Below are positions 24,540 through 37,996 of a stretch of 64,000 bases of DNA, one piece after another (within the stretch, counting starts at the first letter, position 1; the number at the start of each line of letters is the position of its first letter). Location of the stretch: positions 46,376,001 to 46,440,000 of the forward strand of contig NC_082725.1 of assembly GCF_030144855.1 (NCBI RefSeq), in the 5' to 3' direction. The notes beneath the pieces were generated by a model that saw nothing but the letters and a program-made list of their open reading frames with translations, did not search any database and was not told the origin of the DNA. The position numbers and the translations under genes were made by a program. The stretch is from Hypanus sabinus (lineage: Eukaryota).

Positions 24540-25700
24540 GGTATTGGTTTGTTATTGTCACTTGTACCAAGATACAGTGAAAAGCTCATCTTGCAAACTG
24601 TTTATACAGATCAAATCATTACACAGTACATTGAGCTACAATAAGAGAAAACAATAACAATGTAGAATAAAGAGTAAAATCTATTGAGAAAGTTCAGTGC
24701 CAGTTAACAAGCAAGATCATGAGGTACTGTAAATAGTGAGGCCAAGAATCTTATTCTACAAGAGGTCTACTCTAACAGAGTGATAGAAGCTGTCCCTCAT
24801 TCTGGTGGTATGAGTTTTCAGGCTTTTGTATCTTCTGCCTGATGGGAGAGGGGAGAAAAGGGAATGTCTGGTGTGGGTAGGGCCTTTGATTACGCTGGCT
24901 GCTTCGCTGAGGCAGTGAGAAGTATAGACAGAGTCAACAGAGTGGAGGCTGGTTCCTGTGATGTGCTCTTTTCCTGATTGGCTGTCTGTGACCAGTGGTG
25001 TTAACAAAGGATTGGTGCTGGGCCCTACGATGTTTGTAATGTACTTCGACTGCTTGGAGATGAATGTAGGAGGGATAATAAGCTTGCAGATGATATGAAT
25101 ATTGGTGTGTCGTAAATCGTGAGGAAGCTGTCCAGGGCTGCAGGATATAAATCATCTGGAAAGTGGGTGGAGCAATAGCAAAGGGAATTTATTCTTGATG
25201 AACCTCAGGAGTCATAGATAGGGGTGCGTCCACAGATCACTGAAAGTGACAGTACTGATGGATAAGGTGTTGAAGAAAGCATACAGTATGCCTGCCATCA
25301 TTTGCCATAGCAGAGAATATAAAAGCTGGAATGACATTTTACAGTCTTATAAAACATTGGTGAAATCACACCTGCAGTATTCTATTCACCATCTTGTAGG
25401 AAGAATGGGATTGTAAGGGAGAGAGTGCAGAGAGATTCGCCAGATTGTTGTCAGCACTTGAGCATTTTGGTTATAAGGAGGATTGCATAGTGTGGGTGTT
25501 TCCCCAGGGCAGAGAAGACTGAGGTTTATAAAAAAACATGAGGGGTGTAGATAGGGTAGGTGGGTTATACTCACTTTCACATGACATGGGGTATGTATGA
25601 CAAGAAGGCATTGGTTTAAGATAGGTTTTGAGGGGTATTGTTTTCATACAGAGTGTAGTTGGACTCAGGAACACATGCCCAAAGAAGTGCTTTCATGACA
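24540..25700. mobile_element. Rex1-like 3' fragment (-) abutting a degenerate CR1 RT fragment (+)
   Basis: Minus: HSLFSPLPSGRRYKSLKTHTTR. Plus: CR1 RT remnants from about 24975. Confidence 0.7.
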
Positions 25701-25709
25701 TTTCAGAAG

Positions 25710-26075
25710 TCCATTCGTTATGTGTCGAGTTGTATAACATGGGTGATCGTGGTCTTTCCATGACCGTGATTGTTCTCGGCAAATGTTTTCGACAGAAGTA
25801 GTTTGCTATTGCCTTGAACTGTGCAGCATTTTACAAGATGGGTGACCCCAGCCATTATCAATACCCTTCAGAGATTCTCTGCCTGGGCGTCAGTGGTGGC
25901 ATAACCAGACTAGACATATGCACCCTGGCTGCTCTTAAGACCATCCACCACCTGCTCCTGTGGCTTCATGTGACCCTGATTGGGGTGGGGGGGGGGCTAA
26001 GCAGGTGCTACACCTTGCCCAAGGGTGAGCAGCAGGCTAGCGGGTGGGGTGGGGAGGGAAAGGAGCACCTTACAC
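25710..26075 (-). mobile_element. SINE-like element with an RTE-type tail
   Basis: Contains agaagtagtttgctattgcctt, like RTE-partnered SINE tails (recalled). It interrupts CR1 remnants that resume at about 26110. Confidence 0.45.
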
Positions 26076-26299
26076 CCACTCTCTACCCTGCCACCCAATC
26101 TCAGAGGCAAGGTGCTTAAATTGCCTTGGCATAGAAGGCTTTGGACCTAATGCAGGTGAATAGATCTAGGTAGGTAGGGTCGACAGGTCACATGGATGAA
26201 GCTGGCAGAATGTGCTGTATGACACTATGACTCTAAATTGGTAGGATACCAATAATCTTGCAAAATAGAATTAGGTGAGGGTTGCTAACGTTAACCAAC

Positions 26300-26452
26300 C
26301 TGTCCAAGTTGATAAAAATGATGCTTTCAGAATCATCTATTAACACCTTCAGCTCCCGTGTGGTATTGGCTAGGTCTTCCGCCTGTCGGTAGTAATTTTC
26401 AAGAAGGAGTTCCATTTCTTCTGTGAGATCAATTCCCGTACTACTCTGGTCA
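26300..26452 (-). CDS. MRS2: MRS2 coding exon 8
   Basis: ttgcag|(F)DQSSTGIDLTEEMELLLENYYRQAEDLANTTRELKVLIDDSESIIFINLD(S)|gttggt; 153 nt. Confidence 0.97.
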
Positions 26453-27009
26453 CTGCAAACCAAGGAATTACCAGTTTAACACAAGTCCTTGATTCAAAAG
26501 CACTGCAAACTTTCTATGATCACATCCACGAGATAAATATTTAAACAAAGTAGCTTTCAGATAGTAGTGCAACTATTTTCAGACATTGCTTAATGCAAAC
26601 CACCTGAAACACCTTGCAGTAATCATTTTCTCAAAAGAAAGTATCACTGTTGTAGAGGAGATACTTATAAGATTATTTGCCAAGTTTTGTATCCGAATCT
26701 TGGGTTTTGAATTAACTCAAGTTATAATGGTAATGGTTTCAGACTGCACAGGGTAATCACACATGCCTGCAATACGATAAACTCCAAGTCTAAACTTGGT
26801 TTCATTTGTCACAACTCCACATTCAAGGTAGTGACAACTTCAAATTGCTTTAATTGTTGTAGGAGCTGCTCCTGACCTGTCACTTGGATGTCAGTAAAAG
26901 CATGAAAAATTTAAAAAGGAACTGAGGTTTAGTAAACAAAAGGTTTAATTACTTCCCCGTGCCAAAGCACGAATGATCTGAATACACTGTCTATTAACTG
27001 AAAGAAAAA

Positions 27010-27575
27010 AAAGATACTGGAATTCTGAAATAACAAACAGAAAATGCTGGAAACATTCAGCAGGTCAGGCATCATTTGTGGAGAAAGAAGGTGTTACATT
27101 TCAGGCTGATGAAGAATCTTCAGTAAATTTAGGAAAAGTTAGAAAGCTGGTGGAAGTTGCTGGGATGAGAGAAGAGGCTGATGGGGACAAAGTAAACAAA
27201 ATGGAAGATCTGTGGTGGAGTGGAGACCAGCAGAGAATGGATGCGACATGGTGGTGTTGATGGAAAGAAGTTGTTTAAGATAAGTGAATAACGAAGCCTG
27301 TGTCCATAGGCATTGCAAATAGAGAACAAAAAGACCTCAATCACCAGATGAGGGGAGTGAATAAAAATAAATAAATAAATGCTGGTAACTTGAGACACAA
27401 GATTAAAATTAATGTTTATCTGATGGCAGATTCTTTTATGTTCTCTCCATCCCTATCCTCTCTGCAAATTAAAAAAAAAACATTTGATCACCAGCGTTCT
27501 TGAAGGGTTGGAGACTGGAAACTTGATCTCTACTGCTCTTTTTTATGGATGCTGCTAATCCACTCAGTTCTTAAT
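27010..27575. mobile_element. Old Penelope-derived element with inverted pseudo-LTR ends
   Basis: aaaatgctggaaacattcagcaggtcaggcatc at the left; reverse-oriented gatgctgctaatccactcagttc at the right. Confidence 0.55.
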
Positions 27576-27948
27576 AAACACATTAACCTGGACAGCAGGA
27601 ACTAGGCTGGGTTGCTGTATTGTTTAGCTCTCCTGCCTGCTAGTAATAATTCTGATGTGAACCACAATAGAATCCTACCCTGGCCACCAATCTAAATATT
27701 TCCAAACCTATTCATGTAGAGATCAGCAGTTTAGAAAATCTACTGTAACTTCTTAAGCAGAAGCTCTTTTGTAATTCCACATATTGTATGGCTTGTTGCT
27801 TGGGTTTAGAGCAAAGGATTTTCTGTTTTCACCTCACAGCAAAATAAAACCGATGTCTACGCTCGCTTCACTGTTGAATCAATAATGCAGACTTATTTAT
27901 ACAAGGGACTGGGAACATGGGTAAAAAATAAGCAAGCTCTACACGTAC

Positions 27949-28065
27949 AAGACATGATTCCCAGGCCATCTGGAGAGACAAAGTTCTTTTAGCAACTTCT
28001 CTTCATCTAGAATCTCTAGTAACGCCTCCTTGAAGACCTTGATATCCGTTTCCAAGCCAGACAAG
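27949..28065 (-). CDS. MRS2: MRS2 coding exon 7
   Basis: ttcaaag|(N)LSGLETDIKVFKEALLEILDEEKLLKELCLSRWPGNHV(F)|gtacgt; 117 nt, phase 2/2. Confidence 0.95.
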
Positions 28066-28759
28066 CTTTGAAATAGAGCATATGAAAATTACTTATACAA
28101 ATGCATCACAAACTGTGAACAGTTTGCACATATTTTCTAACAACTGCTATTATGTGTACCTCACTATTTATTCTATGTATGTAAATACTGTATTTCTGCT
28201 CACTATCAGGGGTGATAATTGTAGATAAGAACCTTCACTTCCAGCTCAGTTGGCTCAGGCCAAGCACCACGGCAGATCTGGCACTTTGCAGTTCCAAGGG
28301 CCAACCTTGACCTCCTTTTCTTATCTTCCCTGTAACCTCTGCTCATTTTGATTTCCTCCCACATCCCAATGACGGGCGAGCCAGTATAGGACACCATAGG
28401 TCAATATGGGATGAATGGTGGAAACTAGTGGGGTTGATGGGGATGTGGGAAGGACGAAGTATGATTTATATAAATGGGGACGATGATGGGCACAGACTTG
28501 GTAGGCTGAATAGTCCATTTTCATGCTGTATGATGACACGATATAGATCCACATTACAACACAGAAGGGTTGGAGATGTCACCTGGAAATTCCAAGAGCT
28601 TAAGCTTTCATGTAACGTTCACCCCAGATTTAAGTTAATATATTTATCAGTTTGTAAATTTCATGGATAATTGCAACTTAATCTGAAATGCAAGGTCAGC
28701 TGTTTATACATTTCTAATGACAATACATTTATAAAACAATTTTCACTGTTATGAAAACT

Positions 28760-29700
28760 GGGTAGAGGTGGATGGGACTTATTCTAGCTGGAGGTCTATG
28801 ACTGGTGGTGTTACACCACCAATAACCAACAGGGATCTGTACTGGCACTTCTGCTCTGTGATATATAAAGTGACCTTGCAGATGGTACATAGATTGGCAG
28901 TGTTGTGGATAGCATAAAAAATTGGTAAAGAATAAAGGGCGATATAGATCAGTTGCAGATATGGGCATAGAAATGGCAGATGGATTGCGACCCAGCCAAT
29001 TTTGAAGTATGCTCTTTGGGAGATCAAATATAAGGAGACAGAAAACTGTTGACAGCAAGACCCCTAACAGTATTGATGAGCAAAGGGATCATGGTTCCAA
29101 GTTCACAGCTTTCTGAAAGTTGCTTTACAGGTTGATGAATGTTTAAGGTGATAAATGGCATTTTTGTCTTCATCAGTAATCAAGAAATGGAATTCAAGAG
29201 TCAGTAAGTTATGTTGCAGCGTTATAAAACTCGAAGTTAGGCTGCATCTGAAGTATTGCATTCAGTTCTGAAGGAAGGATTTTGAGGCTTTGGGCAGGGT
29301 GCAGAAGAGATTTACCAAGATGCTGCCTGTATTAAAGGATATGTGCTATAAGGAGAGGTTGAACAATCTTGGGATGTTGTCTCTTGAGCGGTGGAGGCTG
29401 AGTATAAATCTGATAAAGGTGATCAAGATTATGAGAGGCATAGATAGAGTAGACAGCCTGTAACTACTTCCCCAGAACTGAAATGTCTAATACCAAAGGA
29501 CATGCATTTAAGGTGAGAGGGGCTAAGTTCAAGAAAGATATGTGAAACAATTTTTAAAATATACATAGAGTGGCGATTGCCTGGAATACAGTGCCTGGAG
29601 TGATGCTGGAGGCAAATATAATATGTAAGGGGCTCTTAGATAAAGTTGTGAAAGCACAGGAAATGGAAGGATATTGAATTTGTATAGGCGTGATGGATAT
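28760..29700 (+). mobile_element. Degenerate CR1 3' portion
   Basis: Recognisable RT C-terminal remnants (cagaagagatttaccaagatgctgcctg, gagaggcatagatagagtagacag). Confidence 0.75.
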
Positions 29701-30115
29701 TCACTTTTTATTTTTTTGTTATGCTCACTTTCTGAATATAGCATTTGCCACTTGTAAGAAGGAACAATTGTAGTAAATTTCCAACTAACCGTTTGTTTAG
29801 TTTCTGGTCATAAATTTAAGTCAGTCTTCAGTTCTTAAAATGTAAATGAAAAGCAGCAATCAGCTTGAAGTTAAAAATATAGCATTGCAAACAAGCTCTG
29901 TATGTAAGAGCAGATGCTAGTCACTGCACCTACTTTATTACAGGTATAGATGTAATGCAAGGTTGTTCAATTTAGGTTTGAGTTAGGAAATGTTTATGAT
30001 AGAAACCCTTTGAGAATTTGGGAATGTTTATGGTAGAAATCCTCTGAGTTTTAAATGTTTTAAGGATGTGTAAATTTAAACATGTATCACTGAAAATAAA
30101 TGAACTGTGTTTTAA

Positions 30116-30247
30116 TCCAGTCACAAACAAGAGAACATCTGCAGATGTTGGAAAATCCAAGCAACACACACAAAATGCTGGAGGAACTCAGCAGGCCAGG
30201 CAGCATCTATGGAAAAGAATACAGTCAAAATTTTGGGCTGAGACCTT
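30116..30247 (-). mobile_element. Short Penelope pseudo-LTR insertion with an approximately 15-bp TSD
   Basis: Flanks TGAACTGTGTTTTAA (30101-30115) and TGAACTGTATTTTAA (30248-30262). Body caaaatgctggaggaactcagcaggccaggcagcatctatgg. Confidence 0.85.
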
Positions 30248-30279
30248 TGAACTGTATTTTAAAGTACTTTGTTAGTTGG

Positions 30280-30680
30280 AAGTATCTTCTCCCTTGTAGG
30301 GAGAGGGGACCCCACAATTATTATTATGATTATTGCCTCCTAAGGGTTCCTTTACATTAAGCTCCCTAATAAGATCTGGGTTATTACACAACACCCAATC
30401 TAAGATGGCTTTTCCCCACATAGGCTCAAGCACAAGCTGTTCTAAAAAGCCATCTTGTAGGCATTCAACAAATTCCCTCTCTTGCGAACCAACACCAACC
30501 TGATTTTCCAATGCCCTTGCATATTGAAGTCCCCCATTATAATTGCAACATTACCCTTATTACATGCCCTTTCCAGCTCTCTTTGTAATCTCAACCCACA
30601 TCTTGGCTACTTTTATTTGGAGGCCTACATATAATTCCCATAATGTTTTTTTTTTACTCTTGCAGTTTCTTAACCCAAGT
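30280..30680 (-). mobile_element. CR1 endonuclease fragment
   Basis: EREFVECLQDGFLEQLVLEP..AILDWVLCN. Confidence 0.85.
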
Positions 30681-31589
30681 GCATACCAGGTACAGTTTAC
30701 AGTAGTCAATCTGACAGACTGTTCTCATACCTGGGGGTACCTAGGGCACCGTGTAGTCACAGTGAAGATATGCAAGTGTCACAGAAAGCATCTGTGGACA
30801 GGGTTGAACCTGACTCTCTGGTACCATGAAGCAACAGCTCTTCTAGCTATGTTGTTTGGTTCTGTGCAAACTTTAGGAGAAACCCAAACTGGGACATATT
30901 AAAGTAGAAATACTGGTTGATAAGGTGTTCAGAGTGCATTTGGGATGTTTGCTAGGACACACAAAACATTAGTTAGTCCTTAGCTTGAATATCGTGTACA
31001 GTGCTGTGAGCGTCCTCGGGGATAAATGCAATAGCAATACAGAGAGTAGAAGCCAGGTCCGTGGAATTATAATCATGAATGCAGCCTTTCAGAGTGAAGC
31101 CATTTTCTTTACAGCAAAGACCAAAGGGAGGGTTAACTACAGTCTGTAAAATTGTGAGGCCTGGTCAGGGTAATCAGAAAGGACCAAACTTTCTTGACAG
31201 AGAGGACAAAACATAAGTTGGTTGGTAGAAGGATAGGAAGGAGGGAGAGGTAGGAAGTCTTTTTACTCAGTGAAACACAAAGGTCTGGGACAATGGATGC
31301 AGAAACCTTCACTTTTAAGTAGTTCATGAATTAAGCTCTTTAAGAGTTGTCATCTAAAAAGATGAGAGTTTGGACACACTGAACAGTCCACTTTTGGTAT
31401 TCTTGGACATGATGGGTCAAATGGCCACATTCTGTGCTAAATGTCAGCTTTATTTGGAACACGTACATCAAAGCACACAGTGAAATGTGTTGTATTGCGT
31501 CAATGACCAACGTATTTTAAGGTTTGTGTTGAGGGCAGCCTGCAAGTGTCACCACACTTCTGTGCAACATAACATGCCCGTGCTTCACT

Positions 31590-31745
31590 GTATATCTTTG
31601 GAATTCAGGAGGAAACCAGAGCACCCAGAGGAAACCTATGCAGTCACAGTGGGAACATACAAACCCCTTATTGACAGCGGTAAGAAACAAACCCTGATCG
31701 GTGAACACTGGTGCTGTACAGTGATTGCGCTAACTGCTACACTAT
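31590..31745 (-). mobile_element. V-domain tRNA-derived SINE fragment
   Basis: ggaggaaaccagagcacccagaggaaacc is the reverse V-domain core. Confidence 0.7.
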
Positions 31746-31785
31746 AAATGTCAATGTTTTTGTTTAGCCATTGGTTTACTCTTAC

Positions 31786-31916
31786 TTTTTGCTGTCTTGA
31801 AGTAAAATGTGCAGCTTGCTTCGATCAACTGACATCTGTTTGGGATTAACCAGAGCTTCTAATGTCTCTAATATCTGAGGTTGTAACTCATTTAGACTTG
31901 CTTGCAGAGCATTAAT
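31786..31916 (-). CDS. MRS2: MRS2 coding exon 6
   Basis: atccag|INALQASLNELQPQILETLEALVNPKQMSVDRSKLHILLQDSK(N)|gtaaga; 131 nt. Not in the ORF track; translated by hand. Confidence 0.95.
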
Positions 31917-32949
31917 CTGGATAATACACAAAGTTCATCTTTAAGTAAAACAGGCACACACTACCTGATAAATATTCAACATTAGGTCAAGTACTTATCA
32001 CAAGACTTTAATAAGTCAAATATTGTACAAAATGTTGAGGAATATGGAATCATACACTATATTTGAGGAAAACAGAGCCAAATGAATACTAATGTAGTTA
32101 TATGCAAGGTCTTTTGATCTTTGGATCAAAAAAGGGTAAGAGGAAATATTTTCAATAAGGAAAATTTATAACTAGGAAGATCCATGGAATTCTAACAAAT
32201 ATCAGGTGAAAAACTTTATTCCTCTAACTCTGGACAGTTGCCTGATTTATGATTCTTTACCTGATATAAAACCAAATTTTGAAACTTTAATTCAAAATAT
32301 TACTCTATTTACAAGTCACCTGGAAATCTGAAATGAAACCCTTTCTCTACAAGGCAAAAGAGTATTTGATTAAATTAAACACAGCATTTGAATTAGCACT
32401 AATAGATCCAATTAATTAAAAGAGAGAAATTACATTTGAAGTGAGGAAAATGCATTAGCATGACATTAAACGCTGTATGTCAGCAAGCTGAAGCTTGATG
32501 GGTTTTGACTGTAGGCACAGTTTCATATCACCACAAACAAATCTTCTGCAGTTTTGCCAAAAGCAAATGGAAAGGCATGATAAAATATTTCCAATACTAA
32601 TGTGTAATGAGTACTAAGTGTTTTAAGAATTACTTGATTTTCCTGTTAGCTCTACAGAAAACTATTGCATGATCAAGTTAAATTTTACAATTGTGGGCAA
32701 TCAACAGGAAGATTTTGGCACTGAATGTTGTGGAATCTGGGTAAATACATTGGTAGCATTGGAGAATTTGCTTACTCTACCATTCAACAAGGTCACAATC
32801 TAGGATATCCCACTTTCCTGCCTCTTCATAATCCACAGATTGAAAGCCCACCCAGAATATAACAAATCAGTCTCCACTGCCCCCCCCCCCCCCCAGGGTA
32901 CAGAATCACAATGATTTGTGGCCTTCAGAAGGAATTCTTCCTCATCTAA

Positions 32950-35492
32950 ATTGAGATTCTAAATTGGAGGAAGACCAGTTTTTATGGTATCAGAAAAGAT
33001 CTTTCAAGTATAGATTGAGACAGGTTGTTTACTGACAAAGATGTTCTTGGTAAGTTGGAGGCTTTCAAAAGTGAAACTCAGACACGGTTTGTCTGTTCCT
33101 GTTAAAATAAAACAAGACTAAGAGGTTTAGGGAACCTTGGTGTTTGAGAGATATTGACACCCTGGTTAAGTAGGAGTTAAGTATAGACAATAATTACCAA
33201 ATCAGGTAATAAGTACAAGATGAGTACAAGAAATACAAGATAACACTTGTGAGGAAAATCAGGAGAGCTTAAAAAAAAAGGCAGGGAGCTGCTCTAGCAT
33301 AGTATGTGAAGGAGAATCCCAAGGGCTTCTACAGCTACATCAAGATCAAAAGGATAGCAAGGGACAAATTGGACCTCTTGAAGATCAGTGTGGTTAACTA
33401 TGCATGAAACTGAAAGAGATGGGTGAGATCTTAAAAAGAATTTTCTGTATCTGTATTTATTCAGGAGATGGATATAGTCTATAGATGTGAGGCAAAACGG
33501 TGGTGAGGTCATGAACTGTATATAGGCTACAGAGGAGGAGGTGTTTGCTGATTTATGGTGAATTAGGGTGAATAAATCCCCAGGGCTTGACCAAGTGATC
33601 CCCTTGCACCTTGTGGGAGGCTAGTGCAAAAATTGCAGGGGCCCTAGCAGAGGTATTTATAACATCCTTAGCCGTGGGTGAGGTGCCAGGGGAGTGGAGG
33701 ACAGCTAATACTGTTCCATTGTTTAAGAAAGGCTCAAAAATAAGCTGGGAAGTTCTAGGCCAGTGAGCGTGACGTCAGTAGTAGATAAGTTATTGAAAGT
33801 TATTCTAAGGAGTTGGATATGTAGGTACTGGGATAGAGAAAGACTGATTAGGGACAGTCAACATGGCTTTGTGCACGGTAGGTCGTGTCCAACCATTCTT
33901 TGGAGATTTTCAAAGAGGGTAACAGGAAAGTTTGGGCCTACCCCAGGCTGCTCCGGGGTTCAGATCTGAGGACACAATTTTGGTTTGGATTGTTGTTAGT
34001 CACTTCAACAGTTTGCATGATTTGTTTTGTTTTCTCTCTTGTGTGACGGGTGTTGGGTCTTTTATCTCTCTTTTTATTTGTGATTTTTCTTTATTTTTCT
34101 TTTGGGTTTCTTGCTTTGTGGCTACCTGTGAGCAAACAAATCTCAAAGTTGCACAATTTTATACATTCTTTGGTAATAAGTGTACTTTGAATTTGAAATT
34201 GATGAAAGAAAGGCAGAGGACGATGCCTACGTGGACTTTAGCAAGGCATTTGACGAAGTCCCACATGGAGGCTGGTCAAGAAGGTTAAGTCCCTTGGCAT
34301 TCAAGATGAGATAATAAATAGGATTAGACATTGGCTTTGTGGGAGAAGCCAGAGAATGGTAGTAGATGGTTGCCTCTCTGACCTGAGGCACCTGTGATTA
34401 GCAGGGATTAGCAGGGATTAGCAGGGATCAGTGCTCGGGCCTTTTTTTTTGTCACCTATACCAACGATCTGGATGATAATGTGGTAAACTGTATCCGCAA
34501 ATTTGCAGATGACACCCAGATTCGGAGTGTAGTGGATAGCATGAAAACTTATCCAAGTTTGCTGCTGGATCTTTACCAGTTGGGGGTAAAAAAGTTAGAT
34601 AGAATTTAATCACAAACAAGAGAAAATCTACAGATGAGGGAAACCCAAGCAGCACACACAAAATGCTGGAGGAACTCAGAAGTCCAGGAAGAGAGTATAG
34701 CTGACGTTTCAGGCCGAGACCAGAATTTAATGCAAACAAATGTGAGGTGTTGCACTTTGGATGGACAAGCTCTGGTAGGACTTGCAAGAGAATGGTAGGC
34801 TACTGAGGAGAGCGGAAGAATAGAGGGATCAGGGAATACAGATCCATAATTCCTTGAAAGTCGTGTCACAGGTAGATTGAGTCATAAAGAGAGTTTTTTT
34901 TTAAACCCATTGGCCTTTATAAATCAATGTATTGAGTTCGGATGTTAGGTTGAAGTTGTATAAGACATTGGTGAGGCCTACTTTGAAGGACTGTGTGCAG
35001 TTTTGGTCACCTATCTACAAGAAAGATGTCAATAAAACTGAAAGAATGCAGAGAAAATTTACAAGGATGTTGCTGGGACTTGAAGACCTGAGTTACAGAG
35101 AAAGGTTGAACAGATTAGGACTGTTCCGTGAAGCACAGAAGAATAAGGGGAGATTTGATAGAGGAATACAAAACTATGAGGGGTATAAATAGCAGGCTTT
35201 TTTCACTTAGGTTGAGTGAGACAAGAGCTAGAGGTCATAGGTGAAAGATGAGACTAAAATGCTTTTGGGGAGTATGAAGGGGAAATTCACTCAGACAATG
35301 GAACGAGTTGCCAGCAGAAGTGGTGAATGTGGGTTCAATTTCAGCATTTAAGAGAAGTTTGGGTAAATGCATGGATGAGTGGGATATTGAAGTTTATTGT
35401 CCAGCAGAGGTCGATAAGACTATGCAGAATAATAGTTTGTAGTGGACTAGATGGGCAGAAGTGTTCTGTGTTGTAGTGCTCTCTATGACTCT
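32950..35492 (+). mobile_element. Degenerate CR1 ORF2 with two internal insertions (about 33934-34198 non-LTR/SINE; 34611-34721 Penelope terminus)
   Basis: LIRDSQHGFVHGRSC; KFADD-like segment; LYKTLVRP..CVQFWSP; tail CTATGACTCTAT. Confidence 0.88.
34611..34721 (-). mobile_element. 111-bp Penelope pseudo-LTR insertion with a 10-bp TSD
   Basis: AGAATTTAAT at 34601-34610 and 34722-34731. Minus strand begins GGTCTCGGCCT-GAAACGTC. Confidence 0.9.
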
Positions 35493-36186
35493 ATTGGTCT
35501 TCAATAGATGACCGTTTATTCTGAAATTTTGCCTACTAGCTTTAGGTTTTCTTCACAAGAGGAAGCATTTTCTTTGTATCTATCTTCCAACCTCCTGTGG
35601 TATGTTAAATGCTTCAATACAATCTTCTCTTCTTCTAAATTCCAATTTGTATGGACTCAAGCTGCCAACATTTCCTCAACATATTCACCTCAAATTCAGC
35701 CTGGTGAACTTTTCTGAATTGCCTCTAGTGTAAGTATATTTCTTCTTAAAGCAAGACCACTAAAACTTTCCATTAATTTACAATTGCAGCAAGGCTCCTT
35801 AACTTTTTAATTTTAACTGTTGACTTTTATAGTGAAATAAAAGCCAATTTTTATTTTGATATTATTGATGGCTTTAATTTTGAAATTCAGTTGGACAACA
35901 TTGGGGGATGGGGGAAGCCATTTTGATTTTGGCATAATTTTTCAGTCAGACTGAAGTATGTATACACAATCCTTTGTTGTCTTTGTTTGCACCATGAAAA
36001 TCATTGACTGCAAGTGTTATTATATTTCTTAAAGGAGAACACTATCTGAGCAATATTTTGCGTTAGTATTATGTACAAGTTTTATTCCTGTTTATTGGTA
36101 TAGTGTTTGACCAGCACTGGTAATTTAAGAAATGCTTAATGATATCTTATTGCATACTTTAAAACTTAGTTTACTCATGTTGAGTA

Positions 36187-36954
36187 CAGTCGGCCCTCCT
36201 TATCCGCAGGTTCCGCATGCGTGGATTCAACCAACCGCGGATCAGGAAAAGCCGGAAGTTCTCTCTTTAGCACTTGTTTGAACAGACTTTTTTTCTTGTC
36301 ATTATTCCCTAAACAATACAGTATAATAACTATTTACATAGCATTTACATTTTATTAGGTATTGTAAGTAATCTAGAAATGTCTTAAAAGTACAGGTAGT
36401 CCCTGGGTCATGAATGAGTTCCGTTCCTGAAGTTGTCTTTAAGTCAGATTTGAAGTCAGAACAGGTATTTAGCGTCAGTTAGTCAAACGTTTGTCTTAGT
36501 ATATATTTTACCTTTCTATGCATATAAAACACTTAAGAAACATATGTATTTCAATAACTAAACCACTGCGTTGCTTAGTAATAATTGTAGCTTTCATCGG
36601 GGCAAGGCATTTCACATGCTCCATTAAAATCATTCCAATCATTGACCGACTGTAGACTAACTCTTTTCCAATGACCGATGGCGTTTCACCTCTTTCTGAT
36701 TGTTTTATTACTTCCACTTTATTTTCAATTGTGATCGTGATTATTTTCATGAACAGAAACACTATGGATTCAGAGCTGCGCCAGGTCCTAAAGACCACCA
36801 CTCTGAGACAGGTTAAATAAAGTCCAGGGTTCCGCTGAGTCCTAAAGACCACTGCACTAAGACAGGTTAAATAAGGGACTTGAGCATCTGCATATTTTGG
36901 TATCCGTGGGGGGGGTCTCAGAACCAATCCCCCATGGATAAGGAGGGCTGACTG
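36187..36954 (-). mobile_element. Tigger-family non-autonomous element (MER2-like ends), complete, TA TSD
   Basis: TA|CAGTCGGCCCTCCTTATCCGC...GGATAAGGAGGGCTGACTG|TA; internal HTH fragment ITIENKVEVIKQSERGETPSVIGKEL. Confidence 0.9.
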
Positions 36955-37822
36955 TATAATGTTTGTATAGACTAATTTACTTGCAAGTCTAGCTTCAGAT
37001 ATTTCTGATTTGGTATGAATGTGTGATTTAATCAGAAGTTTGTTGCATTAAGTCTGGCCTCTCTCAGTTTTACTCTATTCAATTATGTGTGAGTGCTGCC
37101 CAATAAAACACCTGAAGCTTGGACTCTATACCCTGGCTCCCGTGTTCAACTAAGTAGAGTTTGGTTTACTGCTGAATTATGTGCTTCCTACTTCACACAC
37201 AAGGAGGGCTGTACACTAAACCCTTTCAATAAAAACTTTGTTTGCCTTCCTAATTACCTCCATGCTTTCTTATCACATAATGTAGGACACCCAGATTGCT
37301 CTGTACAATAAAATTCTATTGTGTCTCTCCATTTAACCAACATTTTCCATTGTATGTCCCATGTACATAACTTCACATTTTCCTCCATTTGCTCCTCCTC
37401 AGAATTTCTCTCCCCACCTATCTTCGTACTGTCTGTAATTGCATATACAATTCCTTTGGCCCAAGTCAATAGTAAGAATTGTAAACTGTTAAAAACCTAG
37501 CGCGGATTCTTATAGCACTCCACCAGTTAGTTTGCTAACCAATCTGAAAAATTATACATTTATTCTGATTCTCTGTTTTCTGCTAATTAGGCCAATCCTC
37601 TATCAATGCCAACATACCGCTCAAATTTCCACAAATTATGGGAAACAAAAAAATTCATTAAACTTGATCCAATAGAACATGTATTTCACTTTGTGTCATT
37701 AAACACTCTGCTTTCTGAAATAATTATAGTTTCCTCCTTTGTGACTTCTCTCATAGACCAGCATATCAATCACATTGATAAACATATTTTTCAGCAATAT
37801 GAATAATTCCTCTGGTACTAAC

Positions 37823-37996
37823 CCGATGCTGAAGTATTGCCTCTATGGCCCGGAATTCAAAAGGCAAAGAATATGTGGCTAATTGTCCATCTCCAGCCAA
37901 TTGCGATGTTAAGTCCTTTAAAAGCCAATGATCTAGATCGGATTGATGATAATCCAGGATAAGAAGATACTCTGGAGTTATTACAGCTTTTAGGAT
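37823..37996 (-). CDS. MRS2: MRS2 coding exon 5
   Basis: ttgtcag|ILKAVITPEYLLILDY...QLATYSLPFEFRAIEAILQHR|gttagt; 174 nt; contains the LPFEFRA Mrs2 motif. Confidence 0.97.

Noticed and set aside
34396-34430. (GATTAGCAGG)x3 short tandem repeat
   Set aside because: Local slippage inside a dead CR1; not telomeric and no sign of function.
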